Source of the DNA: Chryseobacterium gleum
GTDB taxonomy: Bacteria; Bacteroidota; Bacteroidia; Flavobacteriales_F; PHOS-HE28
Assembly: GCA_945872795.1 (NCBI GenBank)
Contig: CAMCAZ010000001.1
Location: 56,085 to 120,084, forward strand
Length of the DNA: 64,000 bases
Direction of reading: 5' to 3'
Below, piece after piece: positions 54,601 through 61,633 of this stretch (the first letter of the stretch is position 1; each line of letters opens with the position of its first letter). Under the pieces are notes generated by a model. It searched no databases. It was given only the letters and a program-made list of their open reading frames with translations, and was not told where the DNA came from. The position numbers and the translations under genes were made by a program.

Positions 54601-57141
54601 GTCATCACTGTGACGGATGGCAACGGATGCTCCACGGACGCCAGTGTCATCCTGAACGAGCCCGATGTACTGACCGCCACCACCATCCTGAGCGACGCCG
54701 GAGCCGGTCATCAAGTTGGCTGCTCCGGAACGGACGGCAGCATCGACCTCTCCGTTTCCGGGGGAACCACCGACCATTCCATCAGCTGGACCGGGCCCGA
54801 TGGTTTCGGATCACAGCAGGAGGACCTCAGCGGACTGGCCGCAGGAACCTATGCACTTCAGGTGACCGATGCGAACGGCTGTGTGTTCGAGCAAGTGGTC
54901 ACACTCACGCAGGGGCTGCCCATCGCGGCGGAACTCAGCAGCACGCCGGTAAGCTGTCCCGGTGACAACAACGGTGCGCTGGACCTGTCCCTCATTTCGG
55001 GTGAAGCTCCCTTCACCTTTGCCTGGAGCGGACCCAACGGACCGATCGCCAACACGGAGGACCTGAACGGGATCGAGGAAGGTGTTTACCAGGTGAACAT
55101 CACGGATGCGCTGGGATGCAGCGTCCTGCTCAGTGCCGAGGTACAGGAGCCCACTCCTATTCAAAGTGGCAGCTACCTGTCGTTCTATGGACAGTTCAAC
55201 CTGCAATGCGCCGGCGACAGCACCGGTGTCATCGAATTGGCGCCACAGGGTGGCAATGGCCCCTACGCCGTGAACCTAGCCGGGCCTGGCGGATACAGCA
55301 GCACTGCCACCGAGCATGAGGGGCTCGTTGCCGGCACCTACAACGTGAACATCACGGACGCATCCGGTTGTGCCTTCGACACCACCATCGTTCTGACCCA
55401 ACCTGACCAGGTGATCGACGCAACGCTCGAGGTGTCCGTCTATCCGAGCGGGACCAATGTGAGCTGCTACGGCGCCGCCGACGGTTCCATTGATGCGACG
55501 GTGAACGGTGGTGTCGGACCGTATGAATTCTTCTGGCGTGGACCGGACAGCTTGGAATTCAGCTCCGAGGATATCTCCGGCCTCACTGCCGGGCAGTACG
55601 CCTATGAACTGGTGGTGACCGATGCGAACCAGTGTTCGTTCTTCACCAACATCATCCTGGACCAGCCCGATACGCTCCTTTACGGCAGCACGGTCCTCAG
55701 CTCGTACAATGGAGGGTACCAGGTCTCCTGTCCCGGTGCCAGCGATGGCGCGATCGACCTGACGGTGCTGGGCGGAAATGGCGGCTACCAATACGATTGG
55801 AGCGGACCCACGGGAAGCCTTGGGAACGGCCAGGACCAGCAGGGGCTCACGAGCGGCAGTTACACCGTGACGGTGACCGACATCAATGGCTGCATCCTCA
55901 CCGAGGTCATCACCTTGAACGCACCGGAACCCCTGGGCATTGCGCTGGAACCTCTGGTGTATCCAGGTGGAAGCACGGTCAGCTGCAATGGCGCCAACGA
56001 CGGTCAGTTGTCGACCTCCATCATCGGCGGGGTGGGAGGCTATCTCTATTCCTGGACGGGGCCGAACGGCTTCAGCAGTGATGCTGCGATCATCACGGAC
56101 CTCGCCCCCGGCGAGTACTGCCTGAGCATACTCGACGCAAACGCCTGTTCCTCCACCGCTTGTGCGACCATCACACAGCCAGATGTCCTCACCTCCTCCA
56201 CCGATGTCACAAACGCCTTGTGTGGGGATGCCAATGGAACAATCGACCTCAGCGTTCTCGGCGGCAGCGCACCCTTCACCCATGCGTGGGACAATGGCGC
56301 CACCACGGAGGACCTGAGCGGTCTGAGCGGAGGTACATACCTCGTGTCCATCACGGATGCCAATGGATGTACGCTGAACGCATCCGCAACCGTGGCAAGC
56401 ACTCCCGGGGTGCTGGCCGAAGCGACCATCACCGACAATGTGTGTCATGGTGCTTCTGAAGGCGCCATCGATCTGCAGGTCACCAGTGGAAGCGCACCGT
56501 TCAGTTTTGTGTGGAGCAATGGGTCCACGGCAGAGGACATCGTCGCAGGACCTGCGGGCAGCTACTCCGTGACGGTGACCGATACCAACGGATGCACCTA
56601 CATCGGCGAGTACACCGTGACCGAGAACCCGGCACTGGTCATCGACACCCTGGTGACCCGCTACTCCACCGGCTTCGAGGTGAGCACCTGGCAGGGGAAC
56701 GACGGCAGTATCAGTACAAGCGTTTCCGGCGGCACAGCGCCCTACTCCTATGCGTGGTCGAACGGTGCTTCCTCATCGTCCATCAGTGACCTCGGTGCCG
56801 GCACCTACACGCTGGTGGTCACCGATGGCCTGGGATGCACGACGACGATCGCGATCACCCTCGATCAACCCAGCGATCTGGTGATGCCGACCGGTTTCAG
56901 CCCCAACGGTGATGGTGCGAACGATGCGTTCTGGATCCAGGGGCTGGATGCCTTTCCGGCGAACACCCTCTCGGTCGTCAACCGCTGGGGTAATGTGGTC
57001 TATGACCGCTTGAACTACCGTAATGATTGGAACGGTGAGAATACCGAGGGCCAGATGCTGCCCAGCGGCACCTACTTCGTGATCCTCGCTGTGAACAATG
57101 GTGAACGCACCTTGCAAGGTTTCGTAGACCTCCGTCGCTGA
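48679..57141 (+). CDS. giant SprB-repeat cell-surface adhesin with type-B T9SS (gliding-motility-associated) C-terminal domain
   Basis: About 2820 aa from the ATG at 48679 (MKRNLIVASFLFAACPSWAQ, signal peptide); an alternative ATG is at 48637. An N-terminal ~450-aa non-repeat region is followed by about 28 degenerate ~78-aa repeats of the form C.G...G.I.......GG..PY.Y.W.....................G.Y.V.VTD.NGC. (SprB repeat). The C-terminus PTGFSPNGDGANDAFWIQGLDAFPANTLSVVNRWGNVVYDRLNYRNDWNGE is the CHU_C / type-B T9SS CTD. Confidence 0.85.
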   Translation: MKRNLIVASFLFAACPSWAQLAVNSQTDLQQLAEAISGPGVRITNPTIDCHAQGFGEFTYTGTSLDVNEGVLLTTGTIANAVGPNLVSNRTFEQNRPGNAILNTVTGRTTFDACRFEFDIIPGGDTLEFNFAFSSEEYNEWVGSQYNDVFGFFISGPGIVGDAGIGNDKNIALIPGTTQAVTINTVNNASNEAYHTDNTGGSHIQYDGITNGLSAVSAVQPCQTYRLKLIVADASDRKFDSGVFIERIQSNAIGMTATTANGISEMVEGCNSGLLTFTRQNITASPVVVPYFLAGTTTNGADYPLIGDADQLIAKLVTIPGGSASASVTIDPIADGINEPLELLRVYLSNSVCPGSYIDSLELPLRDTLLASVNSSTSICSGSSITLNASGGLSYTWTPSLDLSDPNSASPTVEPGTTTTYTVQVMAGTCEANLSTTVSVSNMLLNATVTRPLCQGNTNAAINLSVTGGTAPYSYSWSGPGGYTSSAEDLVGIAAGTYTVTVTDGAACSAVQSFNISAPSALSITTSPSILAFGENIACSGGNTGSIGLAINGGTAPYAVSWSGPNGFTANTANINGLVAGSYTVIVTDANGCSVNGERTMTSPDALQPTITDVGGNTCFGGSTGMATVTISGGVQPHSFTWNSSPTQSEATATGLTSGNYTVSITDGYGCTTTAPVVISGPAAALSGSISTVALPCAGVPSGSAMVAISGGTAPYTTTWNTVPTQTGPTAIGLSSGPIAVTIADANGCSTTVTSSITSPSQPLSAGIAQTIDVTCAGAGNGSSTAIASGGTSPYSYSWNSLPSQSGPQLQNVNGGTYTVTVTDANGCSATASTVIDEPSQVTTVQVIDMVGVSCFGGQNGSATANASGGSAPYTYSWNSVPAQNSDALSNVSAGTYTVTVTDGNGCIATTTATIGGPSQGLIVAITSFTNVTCFEDSTGTAIAVAQGGTAPYVYSWNSVPFQSGATAEDLPEGVFTVTASDQNGCTAQTTVSIDAPDLELLAMIESYSHVSCFGANDGTATITISGGSGSYSVVWDTQPAQTGLTATGLSPGNYTALAIDNNGCDTQKQVNVTILGPSAPLQLDLALSNYNGFQVSCPTAEDGSIDLTIQGGTAPYTIVWSDTQGNTVGSEDISNLSTDLYTIAVTDAFGCLVDSTVLFTAPPAITAQAAITTASCQGATTGAIDITASGGVGPLQASWTGPNGYSANTLDITSLQAGIYTLTLTDANGCTSVNSFNVNEPGLFQVSTTLSQYTGGWNVSCATATDGAIDLTVTGGSQPYTYQWNGPNGFTANTEDIQNIGVGEYELIITDDNGCTTRENQTIEGPLPLTITWSTSLFGNTATSCITSADGSINATISGGTPGYQSSWTGPNGYTSGLEDISGLTAGTYTIGVMDENGCTASEVITLTAPPSIDIIVATSTSVSGEEIACTGGNSGSIALDLSGGTAPFSVIWSGPNSFFSNSTDISGLTAGTYQASITDGNGCPASTQVTLSEPTPLAISSTLSDQNGTGVSCATAMDGSIDLDITGGAAPYSVIWTGPNGFISTAEDLSGIGAGSYAALITDVNGCEASSSLLITAPTSLTAQLSLTQAIGCSGSSQGAIDLGITGGLSPYDVAWTGPNGFSSTDEDLSALFAGNYQVAITDANGCITEGSIGLTEAPELTLGLIASTFVGGSNIPCSGGDGGAVELTITGGTAPFTILWTDGLGFTSTDEDLTNIGAGAYQVNVTDANGCMADQLVTLTAPQTLAAASVVSDFNGSSISCTGASDGSIDLTITGGTAPYAVQWNTGTMGEDLGGLSEGTYTASITDANGCALQLSFVLSPPQGIAIDITAQSDLNGFEVSCAGGTNGTLQASVGGGSGGVSIAWTGPNGFSSTDTDLSGLAPGNYELIATDQNGCTANSSITLNAPAPIGILANSLEYNGGTNISCQGASDGSIAVAIGGGVPEFDIAWSGPNGYSADSATINDLVAGTYVITVTDGNGCSTDASVILNEPDVLTATTILSDAGAGHQVGCSGTDGSIDLSVSGGTTDHSISWTGPDGFGSQQEDLSGLAAGTYALQVTDANGCVFEQVVTLTQGLPIAAELSSTPVSCPGDNNGALDLSLISGEAPFTFAWSGPNGPIANTEDLNGIEEGVYQVNITDALGCSVLLSAEVQEPTPIQSGSYLSFYGQFNLQCAGDSTGVIELAPQGGNGPYAVNLAGPGGYSSTATEHEGLVAGTYNVNITDASGCAFDTTIVLTQPDQVIDATLEVSVYPSGTNVSCYGAADGSIDATVNGGVGPYEFFWRGPDSLEFSSEDISGLTAGQYAYELVVTDANQCSFFTNIILDQPDTLLYGSTVLSSYNGGYQVSCPGASDGAIDLTVLGGNGGYQYDWSGPTGSLGNGQDQQGLTSGSYTVTVTDINGCILTEVITLNAPEPLGIALEPLVYPGGSTVSCNGANDGQLSTSIIGGVGGYLYSWTGPNGFSSDAAIITDLAPGEYCLSILDANACSSTACATITQPDVLTSSTDVTNALCGDANGTIDLSVLGGSAPFTHAWDNGATTEDLSGLSGGTYLVSITDANGCTLNASATVASTPGVLAEATITDNVCHGASEGAIDLQVTSGSAPFSFVWSNGSTAEDIVAGPAGSYSVTVTDTNGCTYIGEYTVTENPALVIDTLVTRYSTGFEVSTWQGNDGSISTSVSGGTAPYSYAWSNGASSSSISDLGAGTYTLVVTDGLGCTTTIAITLDQPSDLVMPTGFSPNGDGANDAFWIQGLDAFPANTLSVVNRWGNVVYDRLNYRNDWNGENTEGQMLPSGTYFVILAVNNGERTLQGFVDLRR
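50030..56860 (+). repeat. intragenic array of about 28 degenerate tandem repeats (~234 bp / 78 aa each; SprB-type)
   Basis: The recurring protein motif GG(T/S)APY.Y.W(S/N)GPNG(F/Y) and ...VTDANGC... appears at roughly 78-aa spacing throughout the ORF. The DNA copies are diverged, with no long identical stretches. Confidence 0.75.
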
Positions 57142-57153
57142 TCCCCGAACACC

Positions 57154-58086
57154 ATGAGAACGCTTCAACATCTGATCCTCACGACCGCCATGGCGGTGTC
57201 CGGCAGCTCCGCCCTGGCGCAGCAGGAGGTCATGGTCAGTCAATACATGTTCAACGGGCTCTTCCTGAACCCGGCCTATGCGGGCAGCCATGGATACGTG
57301 AGCTCCAGCCTGCTCCACCGCGCCCAATGGATGCAGGTGGAAGGTGCTCCACGGACCAGCATGCTGGCGGTTGATGCCCCGCTGATGAACGGGTCCATGG
57401 GCCTCGGTTTTTCGCTGGTCCATGACCAGATCGGCGTAAGCCGTGACCTGGACCTATCGACACACTACGCCTACCACCTGCGCATCAGTGACGACAGCAA
57501 GCTGGCGTTCGGGCTGCGGGCGGGGCTCTCGATCTATTCGGCCAACCTCAATGAGCTCACGTACTGGGATGCCAATGACCAGGTCTTCCAGAACAACATC
57601 AGCAACCAGCTCGTGGGCAAGTTCGGATTCGGTCTATACTGGTACAATGCGACCTCCTACGTCGGTCTGTCGGTCCCCACCATTTATGCTGCCGATGGCA
57701 ACATCACCATGGATGTGGCCGGGGCACTGGACCACTACTTCACACAACACTACTACCTCCACGCCGGCAAGGTGTTCCCCTTGAGCGAGGTGTTCGACAT
57801 CAAGCCGAGCATCATGGTGAAATACCAGCCCCAGGCGCCTCTGCAGGGGGATGTGAACTGCAACCTCCTGTACAAGGAACGCGTGTGGTTCGGTGTGGGC
57901 TATCGCACCGGCGATGCCATGGTGGGCATGGTCGAATACCAGATCAACCCACAGCTCCGCATCGGCTACGCTTACGACATGACGACCTCACGGCTCCGCA
58001 ATTACACCAGTGGCAGCCATGAGGTGATGCTCGGCCTCGATCTCGGCCGGGAGCTCGTACGGATCAAGACACCACGCTACTTCTGA
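57154..58086 (+). CDS. type IX secretion system membrane protein PorP/SprF family
   Basis: Signal peptide then QQEVMVSQYMFNGLFLNPAYAGS... (the family-defining SQYMFN..LNPAYAG motif). 310 aa, which fits the family. Stop/start TGATG overlap with the next gene. Confidence 0.85.
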   Translation: MRTLQHLILTTAMAVSGSSALAQQEVMVSQYMFNGLFLNPAYAGSHGYVSSSLLHRAQWMQVEGAPRTSMLAVDAPLMNGSMGLGFSLVHDQIGVSRDLDLSTHYAYHLRISDDSKLAFGLRAGLSIYSANLNELTYWDANDQVFQNNISNQLVGKFGFGLYWYNATSYVGLSVPTIYAADGNITMDVAGALDHYFTQHYYLHAGKVFPLSEVFDIKPSIMVKYQPQAPLQGDVNCNLLYKERVWFGVGYRTGDAMVGMVEYQINPQLRIGYAYDMTTSRLRNYTSGSHEVMLGLDLGRELVRIKTPRYF

Positions 58087-59984
58087 TGCGCACCACGATG
58101 AACACGAAACTTGTGATGCTCCTCGGCCTGGTCGGGCTTGCCTCCTGTGCCGGACAACAGCTGGTGACAGCGGACAAGGCCTATGACCGCATGGCATACA
58201 GCAAGGCGGCCTGCAGCTACGAAAAGGTCCTTGACAAACGTGCGGACCGTGAAGCAGCCATCCATGCAGCGGATTCCTATCAACAGTTGAACAACCTGGA
58301 AAAGACCATCAAGTTCTACCGTATGGCGGACGGTATCTCACCGCTCAACGGCGAACATGCCCTGCGCTATGCACAGGCGCTCCAAGGTGAAGGACGTTGG
58401 GACGAGGCCTCGGCCGTGATGGCCCGGGTGCTGGCCGACAAGCAGGATGACCCGATGGTCGCCAGCCTGAATGAGGCCCTCAGCGCCCATCAGCGGTTCT
58501 ATGTGGATTCCTCCCTCTATACCGTGAGACCGTTGGAACTGGGACCGTTCACCGCAGTGTTCAGTGCCACACCCTATCAGGGAGGGCTGCTCTTTGCCGG
58601 TGAACGTCCAGCAAGTGGCTCGCAAGTGAACCCGTGGAACGGCGCGTCCTTTCTCGACCTCTACACCTCCAAGGCCTCGACCAACGGACAGTGGAGCGCC
58701 CCCGAACTGCTGAAAGGCGAAGTGAACGGTCGCTTCCACGATGGTCCCGCGGTGATCGGCCCCGACGGGCGCAGCCTCTATTTCACGCGCAGCGATTACC
58801 ACAAGTTCCGCTTGAACAAGGATGGTGGGTCGACCAGCCACCTCATGCTCTATCGTGCCGAACGCATGGCCGACGGTGGATGGGGCAACATCCATCAATT
58901 CGCGTTCAACGGTGGATCCTTCTCCACCGGACATGCAGCGGTGAGCAGGGATGGATCAGCGCTCTACTTCATCAGCGACCGGCCGGGAGGGCTGGGCGGG
59001 ACTGACATCTATCGTAGCACCAAAGCGGAAGAGGGATGGAGCGAACCCGAGAACCTCGGCCCCACCGTGAATACCGCAGGCAATGAAATGTTCCCGACCC
59101 TGCAGGGCGACACCCTGCTGTTCTCTTCCAACGGCCATGCAGGGCTTGGTGGCCTCGACATCTTCCGCAGCAGGCAGGTGGAGGGTGTATGGACCGCACC
59201 GGAGAACCTGAACTACCCCATCAACACCACCAACGATGACTTCTCCTTGATCATGCTGGCCAACGGTCAGCACGGTTTCCTCAGCAGCAACCGCACAGGG
59301 CAGGACCGCATCCATCGCTTCACGGAGAACGACCCCGTGCTTCGTCTGGTGGGAACCTTCACCGAAGCCGGGACCGGGCTGCCCATGGCCGGAGCCGAGG
59401 TCAGGCTCACCGACCTGACCTCCGGAGAGACACGTACCCTGATGACCGGCGCGGATGGCACATATGCCTTCGATCTGGCCAAGGGGCACGACCTCCGGGT
59501 ACAAGGGTCCAAAGGAGGCATGTTCACCGAAAATTCGGACCTGAGCACAAAGGGCCAGCGCACGGACCGCACCTACATCCAGGACTTCGCCTTGCAAGAA
59601 GTGGTGATCGACAAACCCATGGTGGTGGAGAACATCTACTACGACTACGATGAGTGGGATATCCGCACCGATGCTGCCCTGGAGCTGAACAAACTGGCGC
59701 GCCTGTTCATCGACAACCCGGAACTCAGCTTCGAGCTCAGCTCGCATACGGATAGTCGCGCTTCCGACCTGTACAACCTGGTGCTCAGCGAAGCACGTGC
59801 CAAGAGCGCTGTGGACCACTTGATCCGTCAGGGAGTAGACCCCGATCGCATCACGGCCAAGGGATGGGGAGAGAAATTCCTAGTGAACCGCTGCGGCAAT
59901 GACGTGGAATGTTCCGAAGACGAGCACCAGGCCAACCGACGCACGGAATTCAAGGTGACTCGCTACGGAAAGCCGGCCCCCTGA
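58086..59984 (+). CDS. OmpA-family protein with TPR, TolB-like beta-propeller (WD40-like) and carboxypeptidase-regulatory-like domains
   Basis: Lipoprotein-type signal (LLGLVGLASCAG); TPR-like N-terminus; repeated ...GG.DI... propeller blades (LGGTDIYRS, LGGLDIFRS); C-terminal OmpA_C (...NRRTEFKV). Confidence 0.8.
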   Translation: MRTTMNTKLVMLLGLVGLASCAGQQLVTADKAYDRMAYSKAACSYEKVLDKRADREAAIHAADSYQQLNNLEKTIKFYRMADGISPLNGEHALRYAQALQGEGRWDEASAVMARVLADKQDDPMVASLNEALSAHQRFYVDSSLYTVRPLELGPFTAVFSATPYQGGLLFAGERPASGSQVNPWNGASFLDLYTSKASTNGQWSAPELLKGEVNGRFHDGPAVIGPDGRSLYFTRSDYHKFRLNKDGGSTSHLMLYRAERMADGGWGNIHQFAFNGGSFSTGHAAVSRDGSALYFISDRPGGLGGTDIYRSTKAEEGWSEPENLGPTVNTAGNEMFPTLQGDTLLFSSNGHAGLGGLDIFRSRQVEGVWTAPENLNYPINTTNDDFSLIMLANGQHGFLSSNRTGQDRIHRFTENDPVLRLVGTFTEAGTGLPMAGAEVRLTDLTSGETRTLMTGADGTYAFDLAKGHDLRVQGSKGGMFTENSDLSTKGQRTDRTYIQDFALQEVVIDKPMVVENIYYDYDEWDIRTDAALELNKLARLFIDNPELSFELSSHTDSRASDLYNLVLSEARAKSAVDHLIRQGVDPDRITAKGWGEKFLVNRCGNDVECSEDEHQANRRTEFKVTRYGKPAP

Positions 59985-60002
59985 CCTGTGATCTCCGACG
60001 GA

Positions 60003-61535
60003 TCAGTTCTTGCCCGTCCGATGCACCATCTCGGTAAAGGAAACGCCCTCCGCGTGCGCCGACACCCACGATGCCACATCGAAATACTTGAGCACGAGGC
60101 TCTCGTTGGGGTCATTGAACAGTTTGTTCATCTGCTGCTGCATCGACCGGAACAGGTCGCGCTTCACCAAGGGGTCCGTGGCCCGCGCCAGCCGCTTGAT
60201 GGTATCGATCAACAGGATCTCCACCTGATGGGCGCGGTGGCGTTTGCTCAGGAAGCGCTGGGTGGAACGCACGATGTACTCCAACAGATCGTAGTTGCCC
60301 AGTTCATAGTGCACCACGAGGTTGAACAGTCTTGCATAGGTGAAGATGTCCTGGCGCAGCGTCGGTTCATTGTCGTTCAGCACCTTGTTCAACCAGAACA
60401 GGGACTTGTTCATCTCACCAGCGCCGAAGTGCGCGCAGGCCAGCGCATAGAAGAACTCCAGCTCATGCTCTTTGTGGAGCCGGTTGCCCATCTGCTCCAT
60501 GCCTTCGATGATCGTGTCCACCAGACCGATCGCCTTGGTATGCTCACCTGAGCGATCGAGGAGGCGCAGCTCGCTCAGGTAGCTGGCCACAAAGACCTGC
60601 GATTCAATGCTCTGGCCGAGGAACCCCGGAGTGCCGGGAAGCGAGCGCATCACCTTGATGTTCTCACGTGCGCTCTTCAGGTCCTGAAGTTCGATCTGGG
60701 CATTGATGATGTAGTGCAGGGTCCGGATGTAGCGCTTGGGGAGATCGGCCTTGATCAATGGGTTCTCATCCAGGATCTGTCGCACACGCTGGAACTTCTC
60801 AAGGCTGGTCTTCCAATCACGCTTGGCCCACTGGCAGAACCCTTGGGTGTAATAGCATATGGTGGCGGCGCGGCGGGACAGGGCCGTGTTCTTGCCCTTG
60901 ATCAAGGGGTGATCGCTGATCTCCTCCACGATCGCATGCTCCTCATCGGTACGCACGTAGCCGCCGCTGCGGAACACGTAGTTGATCTTGGAATACAGGA
61001 TGTGGTAGGACGCCAGGTTCCGGAGCTTCTCGATCACATCCCGCTCCTCCTCGATCAGGGCATCCAGGTCCTTGGTGAACTCACCGGACTCGTAAGCCTC
61101 CTCCAGCAACATCTTCTCCCAGTTGAGTAGCTCGAACCAGTAGTAGAAGCGCTCATTGTCCCGCGCGATCCGCTTCGCGCGATGCAGAAGCTTGTTGCAC
61201 TCCACGTAAAGCGCCTTCTGGTAGAGGATCTCGATGTTCTTGATCTCCTGCTTCAGGACCCCGCTGACACTGGCCTCGGCATGGTAGGCCCGCAGTGCCT
61301 TCAGGATCAGCTTGTAGAGGTGGTTCTTCTCCGAGGGCAGGTGCTTGATGAAGGTCTCCTTGGCGAATTGCTTCTTCACAGCCTCCTCGTCGTAGACTTT
61401 TTGCTTGTCCATCGCATCGAAGATCCGCAGGTAGTTCTTGTCGCCTGACTGCAACGAGGAATGAAGCTTGAAGAACCGTTTCTCCGACTTGGTCAGGGAT
61501 CGGATCAGGTCGTGGAGCTCGGTGCTGGGCTTCAT
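60003..61535 (-). CDS. hypothetical K/E/L-rich all-helical protein (511 aa)
   Basis: The ATG (MKPSTELHDLIRSLTKSEKRFFKL...) at 61535; the track ORF adds 83 implausible P/G/S-rich N-terminal codons. No signal peptide or recognisable motif. Confidence 0.55.
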   Translation of the reverse strand: MKPSTELHDLIRSLTKSEKRFFKLHSSLQSGDKNYLRIFDAMDKQKVYDEEAVKKQFAKETFIKHLPSEKNHLYKLILKALRAYHAEASVSGVLKQEIKNIEILYQKALYVECNKLLHRAKRIARDNERFYYWFELLNWEKMLLEEAYESGEFTKDLDALIEEERDVIEKLRNLASYHILYSKINYVFRSGGYVRTDEEHAIVEEISDHPLIKGKNTALSRRAATICYYTQGFCQWAKRDWKTSLEKFQRVRQILDENPLIKADLPKRYIRTLHYIINAQIELQDLKSARENIKVMRSLPGTPGFLGQSIESQVFVASYLSELRLLDRSGEHTKAIGLVDTIIEGMEQMGNRLHKEHELEFFYALACAHFGAGEMNKSLFWLNKVLNDNEPTLRQDIFTYARLFNLVVHYELGNYDLLEYIVRSTQRFLSKRHRAHQVEILLIDTIKRLARATDPLVKRDLFRSMQQQMNKLFNDPNESLVLKYFDVASWVSAHAEGVSFTEMVHRTGKN

Positions 61536-61633
61536 GTTCGGCGATGGGATCCCAAGGGGATGCTCAAAGGTAGGGATCCAAAAGGGGCTTACAGGACCGC
61601 TCCCCGGACAACTGCGGCCGATACCTTTGGAAC

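Noticed and set aside
50030-56860. Possible CRISPR array or mobile-element repeats
   Set aside because: The periodic repeats are in-frame protein-coding SprB repeats that have diverged at the DNA level. There are no identical short direct repeats with unique spacers, no cas genes, no transposase or integrase, and no terminal inverted repeats anywhere in the window.
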